DNA from: Callorhinchus milii
Lineage: Eukaryota
Assembly (NCBI RefSeq): GCF_018977255.1
Contig: NW_024704807.1
Coordinates: 248,001 to 292,590 of the forward strand
DNA length: 44,590 bases
Reading direction: 5' to 3'
Below are positions 1 through 11,320 of this stretch, piece by piece. Position 1 is the stretch's first letter. Each line of letters begins with the position of its first letter. The notes beneath the pieces were generated by a model. It was not told where the DNA came from and did not search any database. It saw nothing but the letters and a program-made list of their open reading frames with translations. A program made the translations under genes and the position numbers.

Positions 1-528
1 GAAGCATTTTGAGACGCCTCTAAGTCGTGATAAGGACTGTATGAAATCCAAGGATTATTTAATTATTAAATATATTCAATGCTGTTACTATTTTTGGCTT
101 GTCTTTAAGATCTGACCGGAAAGATGATGTGAAAGAGCTAAGCAATCTGCTCCACTCTTTCTCAATAGCACTGTATTTAGTTTTTTTTTCCTGAGTGAGT
201 ACCCGTCCATTTCCCTTTTTGAAAGCTGTTATGGAATCTGGTTCCACCAACTTTTCAGAGGGAGAATTCAAAATCGTTAAACATCTCTGGTTTAAAGATT
301 GTCTCCTTATGTACCATCTGGTCCTGTGGCCAATTATCTTCAATCTGCACAGCAAGTGCTGTACTTGTCGCGACAGACAATTATGTGAACCTTCAGCAGA
401 CAGATTGACTTGTTGTGAACGTGGTTCCTGTGAGACAGACTTCCTGGAAACAGACTGCTCTTCTCAGCGCTACCTCACAAAGCTCAGAGAGTTATTGTAC
501 GAGGCTGAGACTGGTGTCCATCACTGTG

Positions 529-1332
529 GGTGTAGAGTGCACAGTAATACACAGCGGCGTCAGACAGCTGTAACTGGGAGATGGTTAATCTGCTGGATTT
601 TCTCGAGGTCTGCAGCTCATCCGAGAAACGAGATTCAGCAAAATTCTCTTTATGTTCAGAAGTATGTGAACACCTCTGTAGAATATACTCGGGTTGTGCT
701 ACTGAGAGATGTCGGTACCAGTATAAGCAATAGTCGCTCAGTGATGTATGATAAATGCTGTCCAAGGTTACTTGTCCTCCTTCTGTCTCAGTGACTGAAG
801 TTTCCGACTGAGAAACAGAATCTCCCCGGGTCAGACCTGAAACACAAGCGAAAAATAAAAATGAACAGAATTTACAAAACATCTTGCATTTGATATTCTT
901 ATGTCTTCTAGACGTTTCACAACACTTCACAGAATATACTGTGAATTGAATTGAATGTATATTTTGTGAAAAAAGCCTGACAGCCAATTGCGCAAAGTAG
1001 TGTTCCACAAACAGCACAGGTTAAAATACTAATTTATTATTTTTTTCTTGGAAGAATTATTCCACCTGATTAAACGATCCACCAATTGGCTGACAAACGG
1101 TTCGTATAATTTCCGAGTGGAGTAATTCAAGAAGCCCAATGTTTCGCCCTGAGGGGAATCGAACTCTGATCTCTCGCTTGCGAGGTGAGCGCTCTATATG
1201 CTGATCTACAAGATTCCACCAATAAAAACCATGCAATCAATTTTGAACATTGGCTTAAAGTTTAGGTATTTGCCTTAATTGATCACCTGGTAGAAAAACA
1301 GCCAGAATCACCCAGATCACAATTCCCTCCAT
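529..1332 (-). CDS. TCR alpha/delta V segment, family A copy 1 (leader 1287-1332, V exon 529-836); open frame but first canonical Cys is Ser
   Basis: Leader MEGIVIWVILAVFLP ends at a GT donor; acceptor ttcag/GT; ...VTLDSIYH...DYCLYWYR...DAAVYYCAL; RSS CACAGTG (522-528), 23 bp spacer, ACAATAACT (490-498). Confidence 0.9.
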
Positions 1333-2382
1333 CGTCTGAGCTCTATCTGCAGATGCCCATTGATTACTTGTAGGATATTTGAGACGATTGGCTCCAGCCC
1401 CAGCAGTCACTACATGTGCTGTCGCCCAATTGGTAAAGTGGAGAAGGTCCTCGTGATCAGCAACAATTTGCAACCAATTATTCTTTTATGACTCAAACCA
1501 AAGAAAAAAAATATCGTGGATCATAGCTGAACAGAAGGAGGATATTCGCTGCAGTGTGACTGTTTCTACTGCTAAAGATATGAACACTCAGTTCCACGCC
1601 CCAAACTTTCCCCCTCGTCTTGCAATTTTACTTTGAGTTGTAAGTTCCAGTCCAATTCCCTTTTGACAGCTACTATCGAATCTGTTGCCACCACAATATC
1701 AGGATGTACATTCGAAACTGTAACAAGTCTATTGATTAAATAAATGGCTGTCAGTCTCCCCTCAAGTGCTTTTGCCAATTAACTTCAATCTGCGAAATCA
1801 ATTCAGAAGCTGTAAAAGTTTCATATTGAAAAAAAATGTGATGTATGATATTTATAAAGAAATAGGAATGAAATTCAATAAACGATTAAATTATGTTTCA
1901 CACAAAACAACATTAACAGAACACGATATATCACTGAAGTGTGCACAGTTCACCTTCACTGAGAAAAATGGGCCGAAATCTGTTGCCAAAGGAGCAAACA
2001 CATTATTAAAGAGGGATGTCTCAAAGCATTACACTTGGTATGACGTGAAATTTAGTGATTGTATTTATTAGTCATTTGCAAGGCAAGTAACTTTATAGTA
2101 TGTTCCGTGAAGCGCTTTGGGACGTCTCGAAGACGTGATAGGGCGTTGCATTAAGTGTAAGGATTAATAATATTTGTTTTACTCTTTCAATACATGAACC
2201 ACTCTATCACTTTTTGCTTGTGGTTGGCAATTATTCACGTGTTTCCTCTGAGAGACACAGCAGCAAAGTCACAACTTGTTAAATAGGTCAACTGTCAGGA
2301 CTAACATCTGTGCTGAGATTTAACCCTTTCTCTCCTCTTTGGAGGTTTAGGTACTGTGGTGTAGTCTGACAGTAATACTCTG

Positions 2383-2810
2383 TGTCTGATGGCACATAAT
2401 GTTTGGTGTCAGATAGAGCCAACGGGAACACAGCTACAGTGGATCTCTTCCTTCTCATGTACAGATTTGGCATGTGTTGTAAATTCAGCACGGAAAGTGT
2501 CCCATCATAATCATGTCTCGTCGTGTACAGAGGAAGCTCCCCTGGATACCGACTCTACTGGAACATTAAAAAAATTCGTGAAATCAGCAGACTATCTGCA
2601 GCTCAGGTTTGCAGTCTGTCCTTCGGTAGCAGACACTTCCATCTGTGATGGTTCACTCGCTGTCCCTATAGCCAGAGAGAATATGTTATTCAATGTCACG
2701 CAGAGGCCAGAGGTAAATGCCCAAATTGTTTTCGGCGTGAGAGGGATATATTTACACATCAGGCCCAATAACAGTGAATTTAACACACAAAGTATTTAAC
2801 AGCACAAATG
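2383..2810 (-). pseudogene. TCR V pseudogene, family B copy 1
   Basis: Homologous to the intact V at 28280-28730. Leader ATG lost, stop after LSCR, frameshift near the YYC motif, heptamer mutated to CAGAGTA (2376-2382), nonamer ACCTAAACC (2344-2352). Confidence 0.85.
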
Positions 2811-3868
2811 TGCTGCCGTGTTATCCTACAAAGCACATAGCAACTCAACTTTACCGTCAAACTATGTGAAGAGCTTTAAGTTATACTCCAAAACGAAATA
2901 TATGTAAGGACTTTGGTTCCTTCATCTCCAAGATTTATTTTCTCTGCTGGATTGTCAAAAAATCAACCGTGTGTTCCAACGTAGGTCAAGTAACCCACAA
3001 TTCTGCCTCAAACCCAATATATTTCTACATTCCAGTTGTCCATTCAATGCCATTTCAAATCAGTGATTATGTTTACTTCAGCTGCTGCAAGTAATGTAAT
3101 TGCAATCATTGTGTTTGATGGAATGATTGAATATTTTCAACTTTAGTGCACAGCAGTGTGTTACAAATAATCGTGGATTGAGTAGCAAAACTTATGTGTG
3201 CCAATAATTTTTGCAGGGGCCATTACCCCAGAAATTAATCTGACAGTCGACCAACAACCGCGTTCCTGCTTATTGCAAGCAAAAGAGAGACGCGAGTATT
3301 GAGTAAAGAAACTTGTCCAACTTTTCGACTGCCTCGGATTCGAACCCAAGTCGCCTCATTCACCACTGAGGTACAAGTCTCCACTGACATCAAAATATCA
3401 CTTTAAACAACTGGGTGAAAATATATGTCGCATCATTTTAAGAGCTCACTATTACAATCAAAAGTATTGGCTGCTTTATATTTACTTCAAAGTATACTGT
3501 CAATTCAGTTTACAGGATATTCTGTGAAGCGCTTTGAGACGTCTCAATGACGTGCTGCAGCGGAAAATCAAACGTAGGGATAACTCTATTTGTTATTCTG
3601 TTGCTACAACTGTTATTTTCAACATGTCTAATTTCCAACGAACACTTATCACTATCTAATACCTGTCGGTGAAAAATATTTCAAACATTCAGTAAGAAGT
3701 GTATCACATATTTTATTTCACTTCATATGAACTCAATCAGGTGAAAACTATGGTGGCAGTTTGAAAAAGGTTTGCTACACTGTCTATCACTAACTGTACA
3801 GTATTGTTTCCAGTTTTGGTTGTGATGAGGGTTATTGTACGAGGCTTCCTGTGATGTGTATCACTGTG

Positions 3869-4170
3869 GTGCAGACTGAGTGCACAGTGATACATAGCGG
3901 AGTCTGTCAGCCGCAGGCCGGCGATGGTTAAAAGGCTGATATTCTTGGCAGTGTCAAGAGAAGCAGAAATATGACCTCCAGTGGTGTTTCCTCCCTCTCC
4001 TGAGGGTTTTCTCTGGAGCAGGTATTCCAGTGTCTCACCATGGGACTGACGGTACCAGGAGACGCTGAAATCCTGTCCACAGTATCCTGAATGTTGGCAA
4101 TGTAAATGTATCCTCTCACCAGCAAAAGCAGTTTGTTCAGGCGGTGACTGGGAAACTGTATAATTGGATC
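3869..4170 (-). CDS. Leaderless supporting TCRdelta V exon of NAR-TCR cassette 1
   Basis: Acceptor cccgcag/GA; SNYTVSQ...HLHCQHSGYCGQDFSVSWYRQ...DSAMYHCALSL with extra CDR1 Cys; RSS CACAGTG (3862-3868), 23 bp, ACAATAACC (3830-3838); no leader exon found between it and J at 6002. Confidence 0.9.
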
Positions 4171-4194
4171 CTGCGGGACGCAAATTACAGTTTA

Positions 4195-4480
4195 CTTAGA
4201 GTCATGGAATCATTTTATCTTTCAGCACAGGAAGAGGCCATTCAGCCCATCGTGTCTGTGAAAAGAGCTTTGAAAAGTGCCAACCAATATAATCCCACTC
4301 TCTCGCAATGAACACATAGAACTTTATAATTCCTTTTGATGCATCCAAACAATTTCATACTGAAATTATCTTTCGAATCTGTTTCCACCACCCGTTGAGG
4401 CAGCACATTGCATTCAATAGGAACTTTCAGTGAAAATAAATCCTTCTGCTCTCCCCTCTTATTCTTTTACCAATTATCAG
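4195..4480 (-). mobile_element. Degenerate LINE (CR1-like) 3' fragment just upstream of the supporting Vdelta acceptor; homologous copy near 19745-20040
   Basis: gtcatggaatc...cagcacaggaagaggccattcagcccatcg motif, resembling reversed CR1 3' tails; related sequence near 80-350, 1600-1790, 17400-17620 and 32980-33150. Family assignment is from recall, not a search. Confidence 0.45.
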
Positions 4481-5197
4481 ACATGTGGGTTCATTGGTGA
4501 CTGAACCACTTGCCAGTGGAAGCATGTTATCCTTCTCTGCTCTATCGAAAACACTCACAGCTCTGAACACTTCATCTAAATCTCCCCTAAACCTTCGATG
4601 CTCTCAGGAGAAGATTGCCAGATTCTTCATACAAACTAATTACCTCTGTCTTGGTATCATTTTGCTAAATGGCCTTTGCACCCTGTCCAAGGCCTTCACG
4701 CATGTGTCCGTGAAAGGTACAAATATAAATGTAGGGATTAATGTTACATCAACAGTGGAAGGAGCAATGGGATGTATTAAAATAGGCATTTCTTGTCGCT
4801 GAGCCATGTTTTATTGCAGACGCAAACCTTATTTCTATGACTGTATACCATTGATATGATCTCTCATAAATGAACCGTTTAATTAAGGTTTGTTTCTCTA
4901 ATCTTATATTTGTTTGCTGTTGCGGTTTGTCGACATTGAGGCTTTGAGTGTCTCCGATCATGGGAATGTTTAGCAGAGAATCAGGTGTCAGGTTGTACTG
5001 TTAACTTCAGCGCGTTTACAGTTGAAGCAAATGGAAAGCTTCTCTGCTGTAAATATCGTTACTTTAACATCGCTGCTGAGGAGATTTATTCTCTGGTTTG
5101 TTGCCAATATCAGTTTCTCTCTCAGTCTTTGAGCTGCCTAATGCAGTTTCACTTGTGCCAGAAGCAAAGTGCTTTCTCTCTCTCTCTCTTTATGTGT

Positions 5198-5469
5198 NNN
5201 NNNNNNNNNNNNNNNNNNNNNNNNNNNNNNNNNNNNNNNNNNNNNNNNNNNNNNNNNNNNNNNNNNNNNNNNNNNNNNNNNNNNNNNNNNNNNNNNNNNN
5301 NNNNNNNNNNNNNNNNNNNNNNNNNNNNNNNNNNNNNNNNNNNNNNNNNNNNNNNNNNNNNNNNNNNNNNNNNNNNNNNNNNNNNNNNNNNNNNNNNNNN
5401 NNNNNNNNNNNNNNNNNNNNNNNNNNNNNNNNNNNNNNNNNNNNNNNNNNNNNNNNNNNNNNNNNNNNN
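5198..5469. other. Assembly gap (272 N) flanked by CT-rich simple sequence, inside the J-Vdelta intron of cassette 1
   Basis: Run of N. Confidence 1.
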
Positions 5470-6001
5470 TTTCTTTAGGACTTTCTTTCTTTCGTTCTGT
5501 CCCAGTTTCTTTCTTTCTGTCCCTCTTTCTGTCTAATTCTTTTTTCATTCTTTCTTCAAATGTCATGGCTTACATTTTCGCCACATGCAGTGTTTCTGCA
5601 GGCTTGCATATCGACTTGCTTGTTGGTGTAGAATAAAGCAGAATTACCTGGGGACTCTCAGCGAATATGGAGAGAGTAAAGTGTGTCAACGTTTCAGGTC
5701 GATGAACTTGATTCAGAAATTTAGACCCCACTTTTCGGGAGAACAGAGGAGGTTATTGATGATAATACATCATTTTACCCAGCTCAAGTACAAATTCATT
5801 ACCCAATTAATATCAATTTACTCTGGTCATGTTCCTTTGGAACTACTATGCAATCCAAATCAGTGACTTTCAAAACATGGAAATAAAAGTTGGTCATTTG
5901 AGAAACAAACCTTGATGCAGTTTTCGGTTAGAATAATGTTTTTTGACAAACTCACGTGAATAAACTTTTATGTTAATTCGTTAGAAATGTTTCGCACTTA
6001 C

Positions 6002-6057
6002 TTTTCGTTACAGTTACTTTGGTTCCTGATCCATCTTCTGTATATTCCTCATAATAA
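6002..6057 (-). CDS. NAR-TCR J segment 1 (YYEEYTEDGSGTKVTVTK)
   Basis: 5' RSS AGTTTTTGC (6088-6096), 23 bp, CAATGTG (6058-6064); D-G-x-G-T motif; phase-1 donor GTAAGT starting at 6001. Confidence 0.92.
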
Positions 6058-6438
6058 CACATTGACACAGCTCTCATTCAACAAGGTGCAAAAACTGTTC
6101 CATCGAGTCATGGTTTAATCCTGGCAGCAAAACAAGTAAATGCAGACAAATTGTTAATAAATTCCTATACTTATACCACAGTCCCAATTGTATAGTATTC
6201 CTTTGTCCAAATCATGCTTATTTTCAGTACGTTTTCCACATAAACAAAGTCAAAGCGCAAAGCCAGAAGAACATCTTCCTGCAAATAATTCTACAAAATA
6301 TGTGGAAATAATTAGCATTGAAAGCTAACTTTCGATACATTCTGGAGCACAAAACAGGACAATGTTAGCAATGATCACGTCTCATGTATTTCCCTGAAAA
6401 CTAGCAGTGCGGTAATTGTGATGATGTTTTCCAATGTG

Positions 6439-6453
6439 GGTTCCCCAGCGAAG
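6439..6453 (-). other. NAR-TCR D segment 1 (CTTCGCTGGGGAACC), RSS 12/12
   Basis: 5' RSS TGTTTTTGT (6473-6481), 12 bp, CACTGTG (6454-6460); 3' RSS CACATTG (6432-6438), 12 bp, ACAATTACC (6411-6419). Confidence 0.92.
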
Positions 6454-6843
6454 CACAGTGTTTAATGTGAACACAAAAACACAGGTTTGCAAAACAATTC
6501 AAATGATTTCTGCCATTTACAAATGATCAACTAATCACATAACGTGTAAAATTCTTTTGAATATTTTCTGAGTAAATTTGCATGCCGTCTGTCCCTTGCA
6601 ATAATTTATAAGGTAATGAATCCAAACAACGTAGTAACTTCAGATTGATACACACTCACTTTTCCTAAGTATTCCTAACTGATAGTCGCTTCTTAAAGGA
6701 AGTATTCTTAAACATAGCTGCACATCACACTTCGAATGAGGAATATGCATTGAACTCATCGACAAGTTCACATTCTCTGTGTTTTTCCTGTGAGTTGGTG
6801 ACGGGGCTTTTTGTATTGTTGGAGGCCCAGATACAGCATTGTG

Positions 6844-7567
6844 GTATCCCAGTCATACCGAGCTCTACAGTAATAATCAGCGCTGTCTTCAACTTGCAAG
6901 TCATTAATTTCCAGAGAAGAGGACCACGATTCCGTGTCTGTCTTTACAACAAATCGTCCCCCACGAGGGATGGGCTTCCAATCCCTCCCACTTGGAAACT
7001 GCCTATAATAGTCCATACTCCTGAATGTGCTAAAGAAACTTGCTGTAAAGACACAGTTGATGATCAAAGACTCGCATTCTTCTCCCCGAAGAGACGGTGG
7101 CGTCTGCTTTACTGAGGCACTGAAAACATCTGAAAATTGTACGAAAAAAGAAATCCGTTAACAGATCGGCAGCACTGACCGCTTCTATGAAAATTCCAAC
7201 CCAAGCCTTGGATTTATATTGATTGATACCAACTAATATAATGTAATCACGATATATTATATCATTATCATATCAATTGATGTAAATAATTTAAGATGAT
7301 GTAATTATGATGGTATAATTGGTAGGATATCTCCGCTGCATCCGTCCACAAAATGACTGTTAATTCAGTTTACAATACGTTATGTGAAGCGCTCTCAGAC
7401 GTCTCAAGGACGTGATCAACGCCCTTCGTCTAATGGAAGGATTATTGTAATTATTAAATCGGACATTGTAATGATGACATTCACTGGTGCTATGTAGTGC
7501 TGTGTTATGGAAACAAACACTTACATTGTAAGAAGAGGAAGGAGATGGAGATCCAGAGGAGACACAT
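6844..7567 (-). CDS. NAR-TCR (IgNAR-like) V segment 1: leader 7525-7567, V exon 6844-7129
   Basis: Leader MCLLWISISFLFLQ/GTAAGT; VFSASVKQTPPSLRGEECESLIINC...YYCRARYDWD; short C-to-D strand region (CDR2 deletion) and FR1 Cys; RSS CACAATG (6837-6843), 22 bp, ACAAAAAGC (6806-6814). Confidence 0.92.
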
Positions 7568-7654
7568 CCTCTCACCGCTGGGAGACAGCGTCAGCCCCGG
7601 ACACCTCAGAGTGAGTGTGAGTAACACAGGGCTGTTCTGTAAGAGCTTTGGAGA

Positions 7655-7690
7655 CTTGGTTTATTTGTGATGAACAGCGTCACATCATGG
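7655..7690 (-). promoter_or_regulatory. Candidate NAR-V promoter elements (TGATGTGACGC CRE-like site and AATAAA box), conserved near 25160-25190 and 39240-39270
   Basis: About 90-120 bp upstream of the leader ATG in all three copies; CRE-like motifs are typical of TCR V promoters. Function not demonstrated. Confidence 0.4.
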
Positions 7691-8322
7691 CTGCTGTCAG
7701 CGGCTTTGAGGGGTGGGCGGGGTGTGGTTTGGGGGTGGAGGGGAAGAACATAAATGAGGAAGGGGACTGATTAACTGTGCCCGAGAGCAATGGGCAGAGA
7801 GGGGGATTTGTGGATTACTGTGAGACTCTCATTTAAGTTTAAATGGACAATTGACGGGGAAGCCAACGGGAGGGAGTATAACCTGACACTGTGAAGGGAC
7901 AAAGGCTGTATGATGCAGAGAGGGACTTCACTGAGAATTGGGAAAGACACAGAAATAAACTATTTACACACCTTTGACTTGGAGTGAGTCCTGTTACAGT
8001 GACCAGCAGCAGGACGGGGAAGCTGGTCAAAGCAGCAGGGAGTTAGTGAGACATCGGTGATGATGGGTAAGAAGGACGAGGGAGAAATTGGGGTAAAGGA
8101 GTATGTGGTGCGGTGGTTAGATAAGCCGTCGGGATAGAGTGGGTGACAAAGGGATGAAAGGCTGCCCGGGGGACAGGGAGGAGAAAGAGAAAGCAGGCAA
8201 TATAACGTTTATTTTTCAGCATATCATGTGAACGGTTTTTCACGTTTGATCGACATGGTAGTGGACTGTGTCAAACAAAAGCATTATTTTTAATCCCTGT
8301 CTCGGCCTTTCTGTCGGTCAAT

Positions 8323-8345
8323 CTGTCTGTCTGTCTGTCTGTCTG
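8323..8345. repeat. (TCTG)n microsatellite; paralogous copy near 25814-25837
   Basis: Direct tandem repeat. Confidence 0.8.
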
Positions 8346-9589
8346 TGTATTGTGTGTCTGTCTTCTGTGTGTCCCTCTTTCACAAATATCATTGGCCTTG
8401 AGCATTGAGATGTCTTAAAGGCTCTGAGGTGGAGCTGATCACTTGTGGAATCAGAAGTTTGGAATTATTTTTTGTCTTTAAGGTTTGGTTTGGGAGGATA
8501 TAGCAGTTTACCACTGTGAGTGACGGAGAGGCGATAGATTTGATCAGGATGGAGCCCGTTTAATTCTCATAATCCTAATAATCGTTAAATTTTCTGTGGA
8601 TCATTATCACGTTCCAAGCGATTCAGACATATGCTGAATAGTCGATCGATTTTATATTTTGTTGGAAAAATGGATCAGCCGAATGCATACAAGGTGTCGT
8701 AGATTGAATGACCGAATTAATACTTTAGTTACGATTTATTTACTGTTTAAAAACAAACACTATAGATTTATTTTATATTTGAACTAAAACAAGTATTTAG
8801 TTATCCTCCAGTCGACAAACGTGTGTGTTCCTACTTATTGTTAGTGAAACAAAGACAACTTTGAAGCAAGGAAAATTGCAAAAGGTTTTTCCCCACTCGG
8901 GAATGGAACCCATGCCCTCCCGCTTGGGACACTGTTGCTCTAACTACTAACCTAAAGGACTCCACATTATTTGCAGGTCTAAGCACCAATGAGGTGTCCT
9001 GCTGATAAGGAAGCTACTGTATGACAGTCAGTTTTATTGTGTTGTTATATGTTGACAACCAGTGGTATTGCAAGATAATGACAGTGTATGTTTTGTGATG
9101 GGACCAGTTTACTTATGAAAAGTGCACTTTGTTTTAGAATTACCCGGGTGTCCATTGGACACAGGACAAGTCATACAACATTAATATTAATATTCCACTA
9201 AGATAAAGACATTCCACCTCAACTCCATCCTCTTCAACCCAACCATTTAAGACGCTTTCCTCCACGAACGACCACCCCCACAGCTCCCAACTCAAATCAA
9301 CTCAAGCACGGATTCAATTAAGACCTCTCGGGCGTCTTCGGACGTTATCCTAAAATTCAACATTCCGAGTCGCAGTCCAACATGAAGGGTGTAACGGAAA
9401 TGCAATTTGTTGTGGTTGTTGTTGAAATGAAAGGCGCATTATAAATGTGACTTTGTCTTCCTGCGAAGTGAAGTGATTGTGCATACATAGGGGAGCTTGA
9501 CAGCCAAATTATGATAAGCGAGTTTGTAGAAATAGCTGTGAAGTGAATCAATAACAACATTAACAACAACAAATTACATTTCTATAGAT

Positions 9590-9840
9590 ACCTGCACGAC
9601 GGAAATTCGTCCCAGGACGCTGGAGAGTCAGGGTTTTTTAATCACGAGCTTCAAGTTGGGGTGAGGATGGTTGAAGGACAAGAGAGTTTGGATGGGAGTA
9701 TGGATGAAGGATGTTCGAAGGGACATGTCTTACCTGGGACTCGAAAGAGTCAGGAGATGTGGTGAGGTGGAGGGTTTGCGGGATAGAGTTCCAGAGGGTG
9801 GGGCAGAGATGCTGAATTCATGACTGACAATGGTGTCTTT
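9590..9840. mobile_element. LINE (L2/CR1-like) 3' fragment; related copies near 29200-29450 and 36670-37135
   Basis: Purine-rich ...gtcttacctgggactcgaaagag...gagttccagagggtggggcag sequence shared with the 36670-37135 insertion. Confidence 0.5.
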
Positions 9841-10850
9841 CATTTAATAAACTATGTAATCCAATCCAATGCTGGTTCGCAACATGGGGCTCGTTAATGT
9901 TTTTGTATATACATATGGTATGAGTTATTACCTCATATTAATCGCTGTGAGACAATAATCCTGATATATTTTCTAACTTACCTCTGAATGTCGACAAAGT
10001 TTCCGCAGTTTCACTCTATGATACGCTGAACAAAGTTATGTAAATCTAATCAACAAGTAGAAATAAGTTGACGAAAGTGAATACCAAGTTATTTAAACAT
10101 GTGCACATAACTTTCAACGATAGAATCAAATTTCTTGCTAGCGTTAATAGGGATTAATTCCTATAGGATTCTATCTTCATTTTCATTTCTGGAACCAAGA
10201 AGCAAATAAAAATTGCATCATTATCATTTTTATTATTTTATCATTCTAAAGTTAGAAGCGCAACGCTTCGTTGATCAGTTGAGAAAATGTAATTGTTTGT
10301 CTCTATAATAGACGTTAGAAAGTAATGCGTTTTCAGTAAAAAAATTACAGTTACCAAAGCTTTACTTTTATTTCTACGCTTAATAAATAGATCATAAAAT
10401 TACATTTCATTATTGTGAGTGACTCAATTACCTGTAATAATGATTTAGTTTTTTTTTCTCAAAAGTTGTTGTTCTAATAATAATCGTTGCAGTTAGTATT
10501 TCGATAATAATTTTGTCATATTAATCCTTTATTGTTTGCGTGACACTGTTGTAAGTAATCGGCTGCCATGTTTCGCCCACAAAAAGCACGGTAAGTAAAA
10601 TTTACAGCATATTTTTTGAAGCACTTTGTGACGTCTCGAAGACGAGAAAAGTTCTACAGAAAATATAAGGATTATTTACATTTCTTTCACTCTTTACTTA
10701 CATGAACAACTGTTTTCTTTTCACTTTTGTTTGGAAATCAGTCACGTGATTCCAGTGAGAGATGCTGCAGCAATGTCGAAGTTTATTAAATACGTCAACT
10801 GTCAGAACTAATATTTGTGCTCATATGAAATTCTCTCTCTCACTTTCAGC

Positions 10851-10889
10851 GGTTTATGTACAGTGGTGTAGTCTGACAGAAACACATTA
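10851..10889 (-). pseudogene. Orphan RSS relic of a family B V whose coding exon is gone
   Basis: Nonamer ACATAAACC (10851-10859) plus a 23-bp spacer matching the family B RSS and downstream flank; heptamer degenerate and followed by SINE tail sequence. Confidence 0.65.
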
Positions 10890-11320
10890 TGGAATAATAT
10901 TGCCAATAATAATCCTTGCATTTGATACAGCGCCTTATCGCGTCTTTCAGACATCCCAAAGCAAATCACAGAATATGATGTAAAGTGAATTCACTATATC
11001 TTTTGTGGATGGTACGTGGCAGCCAATTGAGTTCGGCGAAGTTCAAAAACGTGTCATGGTTTGAGTGACCAATTTATTATTATTAATTAAAGTGTTTATT
11101 ATCCCCAGAAAAACAAACTGTCAATCGACTAACCACACGTTATTTCTTACTGCTCAGCAAACCGAGGTGGGTGGATTGATGAAACCTGCCCACAAATTAC
11201 CCCGAGAGGGAATCAAACAGAAGTCTTTCCCTTTCGAGGCAAGTGCTCTAAACACTGAGCTAAAAGGCTCCACGTTGGCTCGGTTTTTGTACAGGGAAGT
11301 CATTGGTTTGCAGCACTGTG

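Larger units (their letters stand above)
480..8400. repeat. Core of an approximately 15.5 kb segmental duplication unit; copies near 15950-25870 and 31850-39800
   Basis: Same order of family A V, family B V, supporting V, J, D, NAR-V and leader, with homologous intergenic DNA; family A V ends at 529, 16031 and 31897. Confidence 0.88.

Noticed and set aside
195-794. Plus-strand ORFs overlapping V exons (195-794, 2389-2799, 6750-7115, 22163-22477, 24417-24656 and others)
   Set aside because: Antisense shadows of the minus-strand V exons with no recognisable protein features.
4985-5636. Long ORFs spanning poly-X (also 36216-36866)
   Set aside because: Artefacts of the N gaps.
6576-6583. Octamer ATTTGCAT between NAR-V1 and D1
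   Set aside because: Not conserved in the other two cassettes.
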